Source: an uncultured Planctomycetota bacterium | Lineage (GTDB): Bacteria; Planctomycetota; PLA2; JAEUHO01 | Direction: 5' to 3' | NCBI GenBank assembly: GCA_963752285.1 | Contig: CAVVXN010000001.1 | Coordinates: 672,001 to 736,000, forward strand | DNA: 64,000 nt | Made by a program: the position numbers and the translations under genes | The notes under the pieces: generated by a model | Databases searched by the model: none | The model's input: only the letters and a program-made list of their open reading frames with translations | What the model was told of the DNA's origin: nothing | Shown here: positions 35,004 through 45,286 of the stretch, in pieces | How the letters are laid out: the number at the start of each line of letters is the position of its first letter | Numbering within the stretch: the first letter of the stretch is position 1

Positions 35004-36707
35004 CTACCGGGCCTCGGCCGCCGGCATCCGGATGCCCTGGAGCCGCGCGAACGAGCGCGCGGTCTCGTAGCCCGCGTCGGCGTGGCGGACGACGCCGAGC
35101 CCGGGATCGGTGGTCAGGGTCCGCTCGAGGCGCCGCGCGGCGGCCTCGGTGCCGTCCGCGACGATGACCTGCCCCGCGTGGATGCTGTTGCCGATCCCGA
35201 CGCCGCCGCCGTGGTGGATCGAGACCCACGTGGCGCCGGCCGCCGTGTTCAAGAGGGCGTTCAGGAGCGGCCAGTCGGCGATCGCGTCGGACCCGTCGCG
35301 CATGCCCTCGGTCTCGCGGTTCGGGCTCGCGACCGAGCCCGCGTCGAGGTGGTCGCGTCCGATCACGATCGGGGCCGAGATCTCGCCCTTCGCCACCAGG
35401 TCGTTGATCGCGAGACCGAACCGCGCGCGCTCGCCGTACCCGAGCCAGCAGATGCGAGAGGGCAGTCCCTGGAACTTCACGCGCTCCCGCGCGAGGCGGA
35501 TCCAGTTCGAGAGATACGTGTCGTCGGGGAAGAGCTCCAGCACGAGCTCGTCGGTGCGGTGGATGTCGGCGGGGTCGCCGGAGAGCGCGACCCAGCGGAA
35601 CGGGCCCTTGCCGAGGCAGAAGAGCGGACGGATGTACGCCGGCACGAAGCCCTCGATGTCGAAGGCGTTCTCGGCGCCGCCCTCCGTCGCGCCGCCCCGG
35701 AGGTTGTTGCCGTAGTCGAACGCGACGGCGCCGCGGCGCTGGAGCTCGAGGATCAGCTCGACGTGGCGCTTCATCGTCGCGAGCGCCTGCCGCTCGTAGC
35801 CCTTCGGGTCGGTCGTGCGGAGCCGGCGTGCGGCTTCGAGTGAGAGACCCGTGGGGACGTACCCGCCGATCGGGTCGTGCGCGCTCGTCTGGTCGGTCAC
35901 GACCGCCGGAACGAGGTCGCGCTCCACGAGGCGCTCGAGGAGGTCCACGACGTTCGCGGTCACCCCGATCGAGATCGCCTCGCCCCGGTCCGCCGCCTCC
36001 GTCGCGAGGTCGATGGCGCGGTCTACGTCGTCCTCACGTCGGTCGAGGTAGCCGGCCTCGATGCGCTTCTCGATGCGCGCGGGGTCCACGTCGGCGCCGA
36101 GGAACGTCGCGCCGGCCATCGTGGCCGCGAGCGGCTGGGCGCCGCCCATGCCCCCGAGGCCCCCCGAGACGAGCAGGTGCCCCGAGAGGTCGCCGCCGAA
36201 GTGCGTGCGCCCGCACGCCGCGAACGTCTCGTACGTGCCCTGGAGGATGCCCTGCGTGCCGATGTAGATCCACGAGCCCGCGGTCATCTGGCCGAAGATC
36301 GTGAGCCCGAGCGCCTCGAGGCGCGCGTGCTCGTCGCGCGTGGCCCAGTGGGGCACGAGGTGGCTGTTCGCGATCAGGACGCGCGGGGCGTCCTCGTGCG
36401 TCCGGAAGACCGCGACCGGCTTCCCCGACTGTACGACGAGCGTCTCGTCCGTTCGCATGTCGCGGAGCGTGTCGAGGATCGTCCTCACGTCGGCCCAGGA
36501 GCGCGCCGCGCGGCCCGTGCCCCCGTAGACGACCAGGTGCTCGGGGTCCTCGCCGACCTCGGGGTCGAGGTTGTTCAGGAGCATCCGCCGCGGCGCCTCG
36601 AGGAGCCAGCTCCGGGCCTCGATCTTCGTGCCGCGCGGCGCCCGGACCGGCCCCGTGTAGCCCGCCGCGAAGTCCTTGGGGGGGCGGGCGTCCAGGGCGG
36701 TCGTCAT
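35004..36707 (-). CDS. hutU: Urocanate hydratase
   Basis: [73 protein letters not shown]. Confidence 0.98.
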   Translation of the reverse strand: MTTALDARPPKDFAAGYTGPVRAPRGTKIEARSWLLEAPRRMLLNNLDPEVGEDPEHLVVYGGTGRAARSWADVRTILDTLRDMRTDETLVVQSGKPVAVFRTHEDAPRVLIANSHLVPHWATRDEHARLEALGLTIFGQMTAGSWIYIGTQGILQGTYETFAACGRTHFGGDLSGHLLVSGGLGGMGGAQPLAATMAGATFLGADVDPARIEKRIEAGYLDRREDDVDRAIDLATEAADRGEAISIGVTANVVDLLERLVERDLVPAVVTDQTSAHDPIGGYVPTGLSLEAARRLRTTDPKGYERQALATMKRHVELILELQRRGAVAFDYGNNLRGGATEGGAENAFDIEGFVPAYIRPLFCLGKGPFRWVALSGDPADIHRTDELVLELFPDDTYLSNWIRLARERVKFQGLPSRICWLGYGERARFGLAINDLVAKGEISAPIVIGRDHLDAGSVASPNRETEGMRDGSDAIADWPLLNALLNTAAGATWVSIHHGGGVGIGNSIHAGQVIVADGTEAAARRLERTLTTDPGLGVVRHADAGYETARSFARLQGIRMPAAEAR

Positions 36708-36806
36708 GGCGGCTCCTCTCGCCGGCGGCTCGCGCGCGCGGGCCGGCCATCGTACGCGCGTGGCCGAGCCGGGAGGTGGGTGGGGTCGGGCGTATGCTTG
36801 GCGGCG

Positions 36807-37763
36807 ATGGCCCGCCTGCGACACCTGGTCGCGCTCGCGTTCTTCCTCGGCCTCGTCCTACGTGCCGGTGCGGCGGAGCCCTGGGGATTCGACCCGCGCT
36901 TCCGACTCGGCCCCGCGGACGAGGTCCTCGTGAAGGGGCCGCCGCCGCTTCGCCGTGCCGACGTGGACGCGTTCGTGGACCTCCTTCAGGCCTCGTTCGA
37001 CCTGCGCGTCCCGGCCGACAAGGAGCGGGCGCTCCGGGACGCGCTCGAGACCGACTTCGGAAAGGCCGACCCCGCGGCGCGCGCGCGCCTGCTCGCGCTG
37101 ACCGAACCGATCGACGACCTCTGCGCCGCGGCCGCGAAGCGCGACCTCGGGACGACGGAGCGAGGCCTCGAGACGTTCCGCCGCGCGCTGGACGCGTTCC
37201 TGGCCGAGACGCCCGACGCGCCGTCGAGCCGCCTCGTCGGCGAGGTCCTCCGTGCGCGCGGGCGCGCGGCGTGGGACGGCGAGCCGCCGATCCACGCGCC
37301 CGCGGCCGACGCCTGGCTCGACCTCGTCGAGCTCGTCGTCTCGCTCGGGCGGAACGAGGACGTCGAGCCGACGCCGGGACAGCGGAGCGTCGTGCGGGAG
37401 GAGCTCGGCGCCGCGTTCCACGGGCTCGACCCGAAGGTCCGGACGCGCCTGCTCCACGCGCACCGGACCCTCGTTCGCCTCGAGGCGCACTGGGACGCGG
37501 CGGACGAGGCCCGCCGCCTCGTGCTGCGCATGGACGCCGCGCACCTCCTGGCGGACGCGCTCCCCGAGGACGAGCGCATCACCGTCGAAGAGGGAGGCGA
37601 CGCCGTCCGCTACGCGCGTGTCGCGACGCTGCTCCGGACCGTGCAGTCCGACTACGAGGCCTGGTCGAGTCTCGCGCACCAGGTGGCGCCCGTGCTCGAC
37701 CTGGTCGATCGCTGGCTCGGGCCGCCCCCCCTCGAAGGCGCGGGCGCCCTGCTCGCCCGGTGA
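36807..37763 (+). CDS. Hypothetical exported helical protein
   Basis: [24 protein letters not shown] signal peptide; GC3-biased codons; TATGCT 8 nt upstream. Confidence 0.75.
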   Translation: MARLRHLVALAFFLGLVLRAGAAEPWGFDPRFRLGPADEVLVKGPPPLRRADVDAFVDLLQASFDLRVPADKERALRDALETDFGKADPAARARLLALTEPIDDLCAAAAKRDLGTTERGLETFRRALDAFLAETPDAPSSRLVGEVLRARGRAAWDGEPPIHAPAADAWLDLVELVVSLGRNEDVEPTPGQRSVVREELGAAFHGLDPKVRTRLLHAHRTLVRLEAHWDAADEARRLVLRMDAAHLLADALPEDERITVEEGGDAVRYARVATLLRTVQSDYEAWSSLAHQVAPVLDLVDRWLGPPPLEGAGALLAR

Positions 37764-37832
37764 ACGGGTCGGTCCGAGATCCGCGCCCTCCTCGACCTCC
37801 GCCCGGCGGCCTTCGGACGCGGGGGCATCGCG

Positions 37833-38855
37833 GTGTACGCCCGCGAGATCGCCCTGGCCCTCGCGCGGTGCGCGCCCGAGCACGAGTGGGTCTGGTGGCT
37901 CGAGCGGTTCCGGCGTCGGGGCGCGGTCCCGCTCGAGGTCCCGGACGGCGTCCGCCTCTGCAGCGGGCCGATGCCCTCGATCGTCTCGACGGCGCTCGCC
38001 CGGTTCGGGCTGGGGCCCGACCGCAGGGTCGGCGGCGTGGACGTCGTCCACGCGACCGACTACGTCGCGCCCCCGCCGCTTCGCGCGCCGCTGGTCGCGA
38101 CGATCCACGACGTGCTCTTCGAAACGCTCCCCGACGGCTTCACCGCGCGCATGCGCGCGGGCCTCCGCAGCGCGACGCGCCGCCTCGTCCGTGCCGCGCG
38201 GCGCCTGATCGTGCCCTCCGCGCGGACCCGGGACCAGGTCGTCGCGTGGTACGACGCCGATCCCGACCGCGTGGACGTCGTGCCCCACGGCGTCCGCCCG
38301 CTGCCCCCCGTGGAGCCCGCGGCGGGGGAGGGGCGGTACGTGCTCTTCGTCGGCACGCTCGAGCCGCGGAAGAACCTCGCGCGTCTCCTGGACGCGTTCC
38401 AGGGTCTCCCCGCGTCCGACGCGCGGCTGCTGGTCGCGGGGCCCCGGGGCTGGGGCGACGACGACCTCGTGCGCCGCCTGACGGTCACGCCGCGCGTCCG
38501 CTGGGAGGGACTCGTGGGGCCCGCACGGCTCTCCGCGCTCTACCGCGGCGCGGCCCTCGTCGCGTACCCGTCGCTTGGCGAGGGCTACGGCCTCCCCGTG
38601 CTCGAGGCGATGTCCGTCGGCTGCCCGCTCCTCGTCGCCGCGGACACGCAGTGCGCGGACCTCGCGGGCGACGCCGCGCTGACGGTCGCGGGCGACGACA
38701 CCGACGACCTCGCCCGCGGCCTCCTCCGTCTCCTCGACGACGACGACCTCCGGCGCCGCCTCGGCCGGGCGGGGCTCCTCCGCGCCGCGGGCCGCACCTG
38801 GGACGCGGCCGCGCTCGGGACGCTCGGCAGCTACGAGAAGGCGCTCGCCTCGTGA
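37833..38855 (+). CDS. Glycosyltransferase family 4 (true start probably near 37760, see findings)
   Basis: ATIHDV, FVGTLEPRKNL, YPSLGEGYGLPVLEAM. Confidence 0.9.
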   Translation: MYAREIALALARCAPEHEWVWWLERFRRRGAVPLEVPDGVRLCSGPMPSIVSTALARFGLGPDRRVGGVDVVHATDYVAPPPLRAPLVATIHDVLFETLPDGFTARMRAGLRSATRRLVRAARRLIVPSARTRDQVVAWYDADPDRVDVVPHGVRPLPPVEPAAGEGRYVLFVGTLEPRKNLARLLDAFQGLPASDARLLVAGPRGWGDDDLVRRLTVTPRVRWEGLVGPARLSALYRGAALVAYPSLGEGYGLPVLEAMSVGCPLLVAADTQCADLAGDAALTVAGDDTDDLARGLLRLLDDDDLRRRLGRAGLLRAAGRTWDAAALGTLGSYEKALAS

Positions 38856-39898
38856 TCGCGATCGACGCGACGCCGCTCGCGTTCGGCCCGCGTCGCGGCG
38901 TCGCGCGCGCGCTGGGTGCGCTCCTCCAGGGCCTCGCCGAGGTGGCGCGGCCCGTTCCCGTCGTGCTCCTCGCGCCCGCGGCGCTCCCGCCCGACGTGCC
39001 CGTCCTCGACGGCGTCCTCGTCTCCGAGCCGGCGGCCCGGACCGCGCGCGCGTTCCGCCGGCGCGCGCCGGGTCTCCTCGACCGCGCGGGCGCGCGCGTG
39101 CTCCTCTCGCCGTGGTCCGCGTTCCCGAGGACCGACGTCCCCGTGGCCGTCATGGTCCACGAGGTCCCCTTCGCGGGCCGCGGTCCGATCGAGGGTCGGG
39201 CGCGGCGTCTCGTGCACCGCCGCTGGCTCGAGCGCGACCGCCAGGCCGCGGCGGTCCTCGTACCCTCCGAGGCGACGCGCGCCGACCTCCTCTCGACCGT
39301 CGCCGTCGATCCTGCGCGCGTCCACGTCGTGCCGCACGGCTTCTGCCCCGCAGCGTTCGTCGCGGCGCGGGCCCAGGCGCGTCCGGGGCGCGTGGACGTC
39401 GTCGCGGTCGGCACGGGCGCCGGCGACGGACGAAAGAAGGGCGTGGACGTGCTCCTCGCCGCGCTCGACCTCCTTCGCCCACGCCGCCTCAGCACGGTGG
39501 TCGTCGGACGCCTCCACGGCCCGCGCCCGGACGGCGTCGTCGAGATGACGTGGCTGCCCGACGCCGAGCTCGCGGCGCTCGTCGCCTCGGCGCGCGTGCT
39601 CGTGCACGCCGCCCGGTCGGAGGGCTTCGGCTACCCCCCCCTCGAGGCGATGGCCGCGGGCGTGCCGGCGGTCGTCTCGAGCGCGGCGTCGCTGCCCGAG
39701 GTCGTCGGCGACGCGGCGCTGCTCGTCCCGCCCGGCGACGCGGCCGCGCTGGCCGCGGCGCTCGCGCGCGCGCTCGACGACGACGCGCTCCGCGCGGAGC
39801 TGGTACGCCGGGGCGAGGTCCGCGCGCGCGCCTTCCCGCCCGCGACCGCCGCGCGTCGCGCGCTCGAAGTGCTCCTCGCCGTGGCGCGGCCGTCGTGA
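38852..39898 (+). CDS. Glycosyltransferase family 4
   Basis: VIAIDATP..GVAR, KKGVDVLL, SEGFGYPPLEAMAAGVP, SLPEVVGDAA. Confidence 0.9.
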   Translation: MIAIDATPLAFGPRRGVARALGALLQGLAEVARPVPVVLLAPAALPPDVPVLDGVLVSEPAARTARAFRRRAPGLLDRAGARVLLSPWSAFPRTDVPVAVMVHEVPFAGRGPIEGRARRLVHRRWLERDRQAAAVLVPSEATRADLLSTVAVDPARVHVVPHGFCPAAFVAARAQARPGRVDVVAVGTGAGDGRKKGVDVLLAALDLLRPRRLSTVVVGRLHGPRPDGVVEMTWLPDAELAALVASARVLVHAARSEGFGYPPLEAMAAGVPAVVSSAASLPEVVGDAALLVPPGDAAALAAALARALDDDALRAELVRRGEVRARAFPPATAARRALEVLLAVARPS

Positions 39899-40873
39899 TC
39901 CGCCACGTCGTCCTCGACCTCACGGCCCTCTCGACCGAGCCGTCGGGCGCGCGTCGCCGCTGGCTGGAGATCGTCCCGCGGCTCGTCCGCCTCCGCCCGG
40001 ACGACGTCTTCGAGGCCCACTGGGCGAAGGACGGCGGCGGCCCGCCGGCGGACCTCGTCGCCGACAACCTCGTCCATGCCGTGGTGGACGTGTCGTGCCG
40101 CGGCGGGGTCCGGCGGTGGTGGCGTCGTGCGCGGTCCCTCGCGCGCCGCCGGCGCGAGGCGGCGTTCACGCACCTGTTCGTGGATCACGGACCGGTCCCC
40201 GCGCTGCCCGGCCTCGCGACCGTCGTCACGCTCCACGACTTGAGGTTCGTCCACGGGTGGGGCGGGGCGCTCCGCGCGGCGTACGCCCGCGTCGGCTACG
40301 GTCGGGCGCTTCGTCGCGCGGCGGCGGTCGTGGCGGTCGCGCCCTCGGTCGCCGATGAGGCGCGGCGCCGTTGGGGCGTTCCGGTGGCGCTCGCGCCGAA
40401 CGCAGCGTCCGCCGCGTTCGTGCCGGGGGACGGGCCGCGCGCGGGCGCGATCGTCGTCGCGCGGGACGAGCCGCGGAAGGCCCGCGGCGCCGCGGTACGT
40501 GCCGCCGCGGTCGCGGGACTCGCCCTCGACGTCGTGGACGGGCACCTCCAACGACGACGCGCTCGCGGCGCGTCTGGGACGCGCGCGCTGGCTCCTCGCA
40601 CCCTCGCTCGAGGAGGGCTTCGACCTCCCCGTCGTGGAGGCGCTCTCGTGCGGGACGCCCGTCGTCGCGAGCGACATCCCCGCGCACCAAGACCTCGTGG
40701 ACCTCGGCGCCCGGGGGATCGTCCTCGTGCCCCCGCCCGTCCGCACGGCCCGGGGGCTCTCGTGGCCGGGGGCCGCCGAGACCCTCCGGGGCGCGCCGCC
40801 GACGGTCGTCCGGCCCCCGCCTCTCTCCTGGGACGAGACGGCCCGCGTCCTCGCGGGCCTCCTCCAGGGTTGA
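39895..40873 (+). pseudogene. Glycosyltransferase family 4, frameshifted near 40540 (real or sequencing error)
   Basis: N-half (VIRHVVLD...TLHDLRF...EPRKA) and C-half (PSLEEGFDLPVVEALSCGTPVVASDIPAH) lie in different frames; span is 979 nt (3n+1). Confidence 0.8.
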
Positions 40874-40920
40874 GGACGCGCCGGGTCCCCGGGCGGACCG
40901 CCCCGGTCCCCCGCCCGCGG

Positions 40921-41274
40921 TCAGCGCGTCGGAAACGCCCGGGCGAGCGTGGTCTCGGCCAGGCGGAGCGCGTGGCGCTTCGCGCGCGGGACCTCGCCGA
41001 GCGCCGCCTCGATCTCGGCGCGGCCGACCGCCGTGGCGCCGGCGGTCCGGCCCACGACGAGCGTCGCGAGGGCGCTCCCGACCGCGATCGCGCCCGCGCA
41101 GCCCGTGACGGCGAACCGCGCGTCCACCACCACGCCCGCCTCGACCCGGAGGTCGAGCCAGAGTCGGTCGCCGCACGCCGGGTCCTCGGCCTCGCCCCGG
41201 TGCGTCGCCCCGTCGAGCCGCCCCTGGCGGCGTGGACGTTGGAAATGGTCGAGGAACGCGGCCGCGTACTCCAT
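40921..41274 (-). CDS. IscU/NifU-N-like Fe-S scaffold protein
   Basis: Y....LDHFQRPR..G, ACGDRL, GC..AIA.GS, KRHALRLA. Confidence 0.85.
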   Translation of the reverse strand: MEYAAAFLDHFQRPRRQGRLDGATHRGEAEDPACGDRLWLDLRVEAGVVVDARFAVTGCAGAIAVGSALATLVVGRTAGATAVGRAEIEAALGEVPRAKRHALRLAETTLARAFPTR

Positions 41275-41329
41275 CGGCCGCATCGTACGACGGCTCGACC
41301 GCCGGGGCGGGCGCGCGTACGATCCCGCC

Positions 41330-41953
41330 ATGGCGCGTCTCGTCGGTACGGAAGGCACCCTCACCGGGCGGACGTTCGAGATCGATCCCGGCCTGACGCT
41401 CGGTCGCGAGGGCCACAACGACATCGGGATGCCCGCGAACCGCCACGCCTCGCGCGACCACGCGAAGGTCTGGAAGGACGGCGTGGCGAGCTGGGCGGTC
41501 GCGGACCTCGGCTCCACGAACGGGACGTTCGTGAACGACGACAAGGTGATGCGTCGTCCTCTGAAGGACGGCGACCTGATCCGGATCGGCGACGAGACCT
41601 TCCGCTTCGAGCTCGGGGAGGAGGACCGGCCGAAGCCGAAGGCGAAGCCGGTCGAGGAGAAGCCCGACCTCGCGGCCGTGCTCCGCGGCGAGGTCAAGCC
41701 CAAGCCCGTGGCGACCGGCCTCGGCGCGGTCGGCGCCGACGCGCTGCAGGTGAAACAACGCGTGCTCCAGTACCGGAAGAAGGGCGCGCGCGGCAGCCCG
41801 CTCACCGTGGACTACGGTCAGCTCGCCGGCCTTCGCAAGTGGCTCGTCATCGTGTTCGCGATCGGCGTCCTCGTGGCGATCTTCCTTCTCTCGAAGGGCG
41901 TGACCGAGCGCGCGCGTCCGCCGCTGCCCGAGCTCCCGCCGACCGGGCGCTGA
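41330..41953 (+). CDS. FHA domain protein with C-terminal TM helix
   Basis: LGRE...ASRDHA...DLGSTNGTFVN...LKDGDLIRIG; TM WLVIVFAIGVLVAIFLL. Confidence 0.9.
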   Translation: MARLVGTEGTLTGRTFEIDPGLTLGREGHNDIGMPANRHASRDHAKVWKDGVASWAVADLGSTNGTFVNDDKVMRRPLKDGDLIRIGDETFRFELGEEDRPKPKAKPVEEKPDLAAVLRGEVKPKPVATGLGAVGADALQVKQRVLQYRKKGARGSPLTVDYGQLAGLRKWLVIVFAIGVLVAIFLLSKGVTERARPPLPELPPTGR

Positions 41954-42116
41954 CGCGGCGCGGACGCCGGCGTCCGTACCGCGCGTTCGAATCGGCCGCG
42001 CGCGGTCCACATTCGGTCCGGACCCGGACCGCGGGCCGGATCGGGTCCGGTAGAGATTGGCGCGCGGGCGTTCGAGGGGTTGAATCGCCGAACCGCGCCC
42101 ACTCGAGGTTTTCCCC

Positions 42117-43343
42117 ATGAAGAAGATCGCCGTGAAGAACCCCGTCGTCGAGCTCGACGGCGACGAGATGACCCGCGTCCTCTGGCAGTTCATCCGCGAC
42201 CGCCTGATCCTGCCGTACCTCGACGTCCGGCTGCTGTACTTCGATCTGGGGATCGAGAACCGCGACGCGACCGACGACCAGGTCACGCACGACGCCGCGA
42301 AGGCGATCAAGGAGCACGGGATCGGCGTCAAGTGCGCCACGATCACGCCCGACGAGGCGCGCGTCGAGGAGTTCGGGCTGAAGAAGATGTGGAAGAGCCC
42401 GAACGGGACGATCCGCAACTTCCTGGGCGGCACCGTGTTCCGCGAGCCGATCCTCTGCCGGAACGTGCCGCGGCTCGTCCCCGGATGGACGAAGCCGATC
42501 GTGATCGGCCGTCACGCGCACGCCGACCAGTACCAGGCGACCGACTTCACGACGAAGGGCGCCGGGCGCCTCGTGATCCGCTTCGAGCCGAGGAACGGGG
42601 GGAAGGCGGACGAGCACGAGGTGACGGTCTTCGAGGGCGACGGCATCGCGCTGGCGATGTTCAACACGGACGAGTCGATCCGCGGCTTCGCGCACGCGTG
42701 CATGAACTACGCGCTCGACATCCGTTACCCGCTCTACATGTCCACGAAGAACACGATCCTCAAGCGCTACGACGGACGGTTCAAGGACATCTTCCAGGAG
42801 GTGTACGACCGGGAGTACCGCGCGAAGTTCGAGAAGGCCGGCATCTCGTACGAGCACCGCCTCATCGACGACATGGTGGCCCAGACCATGAAGTGGGAGG
42901 GCGGCTTCATCTGGGCGTGCAAGAACTACGACGGCGACGTGCAGTCGGACAGCATCGCGCAGGGCTTCGGGAGCCTCGGACTCATGACCTCGGTGCTGAT
43001 CACGCCGGACGGCAAGACGGTCGAGGCCGAGGCCGCGCACGGGACCGTGACGCGCCACTTCCGCATGCATCAGCAGGGCAAGAAGACGAGCACGAACCCG
43101 ATCGCGTCGATCTTCGCGTGGACCCGCGGCCTCGCGTACCGCGGCAAGTTCGACGGAAACGACGAGCTGGTGCGCTTCGCGCACACGCTCGAGAAGGTGT
43201 GCGTGGAGACGGTCGAGTCGGGCCGCATGACCAAGGACCTCGCGCTCCTCGTCCACGGCAAGAAGCTGTCGGACGACGACTGGCTCACGACGGAGGCCTT
43301 CCTGGCCGCGCTCGCCGAAGGGCTGGAAGCCAGGCTCGCCTGA
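42117..43343 (+). CDS. icd: NADP-dependent isocitrate dehydrogenase (IDH1/2-like subfamily)
   Basis: [57 protein letters not shown]. Confidence 0.98.
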   Translation: MKKIAVKNPVVELDGDEMTRVLWQFIRDRLILPYLDVRLLYFDLGIENRDATDDQVTHDAAKAIKEHGIGVKCATITPDEARVEEFGLKKMWKSPNGTIRNFLGGTVFREPILCRNVPRLVPGWTKPIVIGRHAHADQYQATDFTTKGAGRLVIRFEPRNGGKADEHEVTVFEGDGIALAMFNTDESIRGFAHACMNYALDIRYPLYMSTKNTILKRYDGRFKDIFQEVYDREYRAKFEKAGISYEHRLIDDMVAQTMKWEGGFIWACKNYDGDVQSDSIAQGFGSLGLMTSVLITPDGKTVEAEAAHGTVTRHFRMHQQGKKTSTNPIASIFAWTRGLAYRGKFDGNDELVRFAHTLEKVCVETVESGRMTKDLALLVHGKKLSDDDWLTTEAFLAALAEGLEARLA

Positions 43344-43617
43344 TCGACGCGCGGCGCGCGGGGGAGGGGCCGCGACCGACCCCTGCCCACGCCCCACGCC
43401 CACGCCCCACGCCCCACGCCCCACGCGCACGGGAACGAGCCCGAGCGCGCGACCCGAAGCGCGGGCGTGGGGCGTCGAGGGGGTCTTCGGCCCTCGCTCC
43501 CCTCTCCCGAGCGCGCCGGCCCTCGGCCCGCGAGAGCGCGCTCCCTCTGGCGCTCGTGACGGAGGCGGGCGTGGGTAGACTCCGGTGCGGGCGCTCGGGG
43601 CCGGACGGAGGCGCGCC

Positions 43618-44517
43618 ATGCGGGTACCGGGACGCGGGATCGTCGGGACCGCTCTCTTCCTCGGGGCCCTCGCGGCCGGGGCGCTGGCGAAGGACGCCCG
43701 GCCGAGCGCTCGCGACGGCTTCACGAGCCTCGTCGCCATCGTGACGCCCAGCGGCGAGGCGGCCCACCCGGAAGCGTGGCCGGAGGCTCTCGTCTCGCAC
43801 CGCGACTGGCGCGGCGCGCCCGAGCAGGTCCAGGCCTGGCGTCGTGAGGGCGTGGCGCGGCTCGCCGCGGCCGAGGTGCTGAAGGTCCGCGAGGACCACG
43901 ACGACGCGTACGTGCGGGTCCGGCTCGCCGACGGCGAGGCCGAGGTGCCGCTCCGGTGGACCGCGGGGCGCTGGGCGCTCGGCGCGCCACGCGAGTGGCT
44001 CGTCCGGGGCGCGGCGCTGGACGCCGCGAATGGCGAGGCCGCGGCGACGATCCGCCTCGCGGCGTTCACCGACCCGGACTCCTACGGCCCGAGCGCGTTC
44101 TCCTTCACCTACGTCACGCAGGACCCGAAGGCGTGCCTGAATCGGATGGACGTCTGGTACTGCCGGAACGGGGACCTCCACCGCGCGGGAGACGGCGGGT
44201 TCCAGGACCTCGGTCGTGGGCGTCTCGAGAAGGCGGGCACGATCGGGCTCGGCGGTCCGTGGACGGACACGGTTCGGCCCCGCAAGGGCGGTCTGTACGT
44301 GCTGCACGTGCGTCGGCCGGGGCGCACCGACTTCTTCGTACGGCTTCGCGCGACGGCGGTGAGCCGGGAGGAGGTGAGCCTCGAGTGGAGTCTCCTCTCG
44401 CTGGGCGACGGGGCTCCGGCGTCCATCCACGAGGCGCAGCCGTGGCACGCGACGGACCCGAACGTCGGCGAGCCCGGCGCGGACGGCGCGCCGGGTCTCT
44501 GCGGAACGGGCGGGTAG
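43618..44517 (+). CDS. Hypothetical exported protein
   Basis: GGAGG RBS; signal peptide ...LGALAAGALA; GC3-biased codons. Confidence 0.72.
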   Translation: MRVPGRGIVGTALFLGALAAGALAKDARPSARDGFTSLVAIVTPSGEAAHPEAWPEALVSHRDWRGAPEQVQAWRREGVARLAAAEVLKVREDHDDAYVRVRLADGEAEVPLRWTAGRWALGAPREWLVRGAALDAANGEAAATIRLAAFTDPDSYGPSAFSFTYVTQDPKACLNRMDVWYCRNGDLHRAGDGGFQDLGRGRLEKAGTIGLGGPWTDTVRPRKGGLYVLHVRRPGRTDFFVRLRATAVSREEVSLEWSLLSLGDGAPASIHEAQPWHATDPNVGEPGADGAPGLCGTGG

Positions 44518-44743
44518 GGCGACCGCCCAGGGGGCCGGAGGCTCGGCGGCCGCCGCCCCGGAGTCGATCCACGAGCCCGAGCCCTGGACGCAGCCCGATC
44601 CCGGCATGGGGGCTCCGGGCGAGGACGGACGCGCGGCGCTCTGCGGACGAAGACGCGGGACGGTAGAGAGACGCCCCTCCCGACGAGAACGGCCGCCGCG
44701 ACGGGGTCGCGGCGGCCGGCGGAAGCCCGGGGGGAGAGGGTGC

Positions 44744-45259
44744 TCAGTTCCCGAAGACGTCGTCCAGGGTCTCGGCCGAGCCCTTCTCGAACTCGCCGGC
44801 GTCGAGCGTGAGGCGCGAGGTGGGTCGCCCCGTCTCCTTCTTGCGGAAGATGTCGCCGAGGCGCTTCGCCGACTCCGCGGCGTAGAGACGCACCATGCCG
44901 ATGGTCGTCGTGTCCTCGAAGAGCGCCGTCAGCAGCGCGCGATCGCCCACCAGGGAGAGCTGGATGTTCCCGCTCCGTCCCTGGTGGAAGAGCGCGGTGA
45001 AGTCCTGCTCGCCGAACTGCTTCGCGAGGGCCTTCGTGGCCGCGAACGAGCCGGCCACGAGCGCGCTGATCGTGTCGAGGTCCACGCCTTTCGTCGCGCC
45101 ACGCGCCGTGATCATGTGACCGTCCTGATCGACGAGCAGGGCGCACTTCGCCGCGCTCTTCTTCAGGAAGGCGTCCATGATGGCCTCGATGGCCGAGATG
45201 TCCTCCTCGTAGAACACGAGGGCCTGCTGGCGGAGGTCCTGGTCACGGATGCTGCTCAT
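44744..45259 (-). CDS. mglB: Roadblock/LC7 protein, MglB-like GAP
   Basis: LVFYEED, ALLVDQDG, SALVAGSFAAT.ALAK..GE..F..LFHQG, T.IGMVRL, C-terminal LDDVFG helix as in myxobacterial MglB. Confidence 0.9.
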   Translation of the reverse strand: MSSIRDQDLRQQALVFYEEDISAIEAIMDAFLKKSAAKCALLVDQDGHMITARGATKGVDLDTISALVAGSFAATKALAKQFGEQDFTALFHQGRSGNIQLSLVGDRALLTALFEDTTTIGMVRLYAAESAKRLGDIFRKKETGRPTSRLTLDAGEFEKGSAETLDDVFGN

Positions 45260-45286
45260 GGCGTTCTTCCTGCTCGGTTCTTGCGG

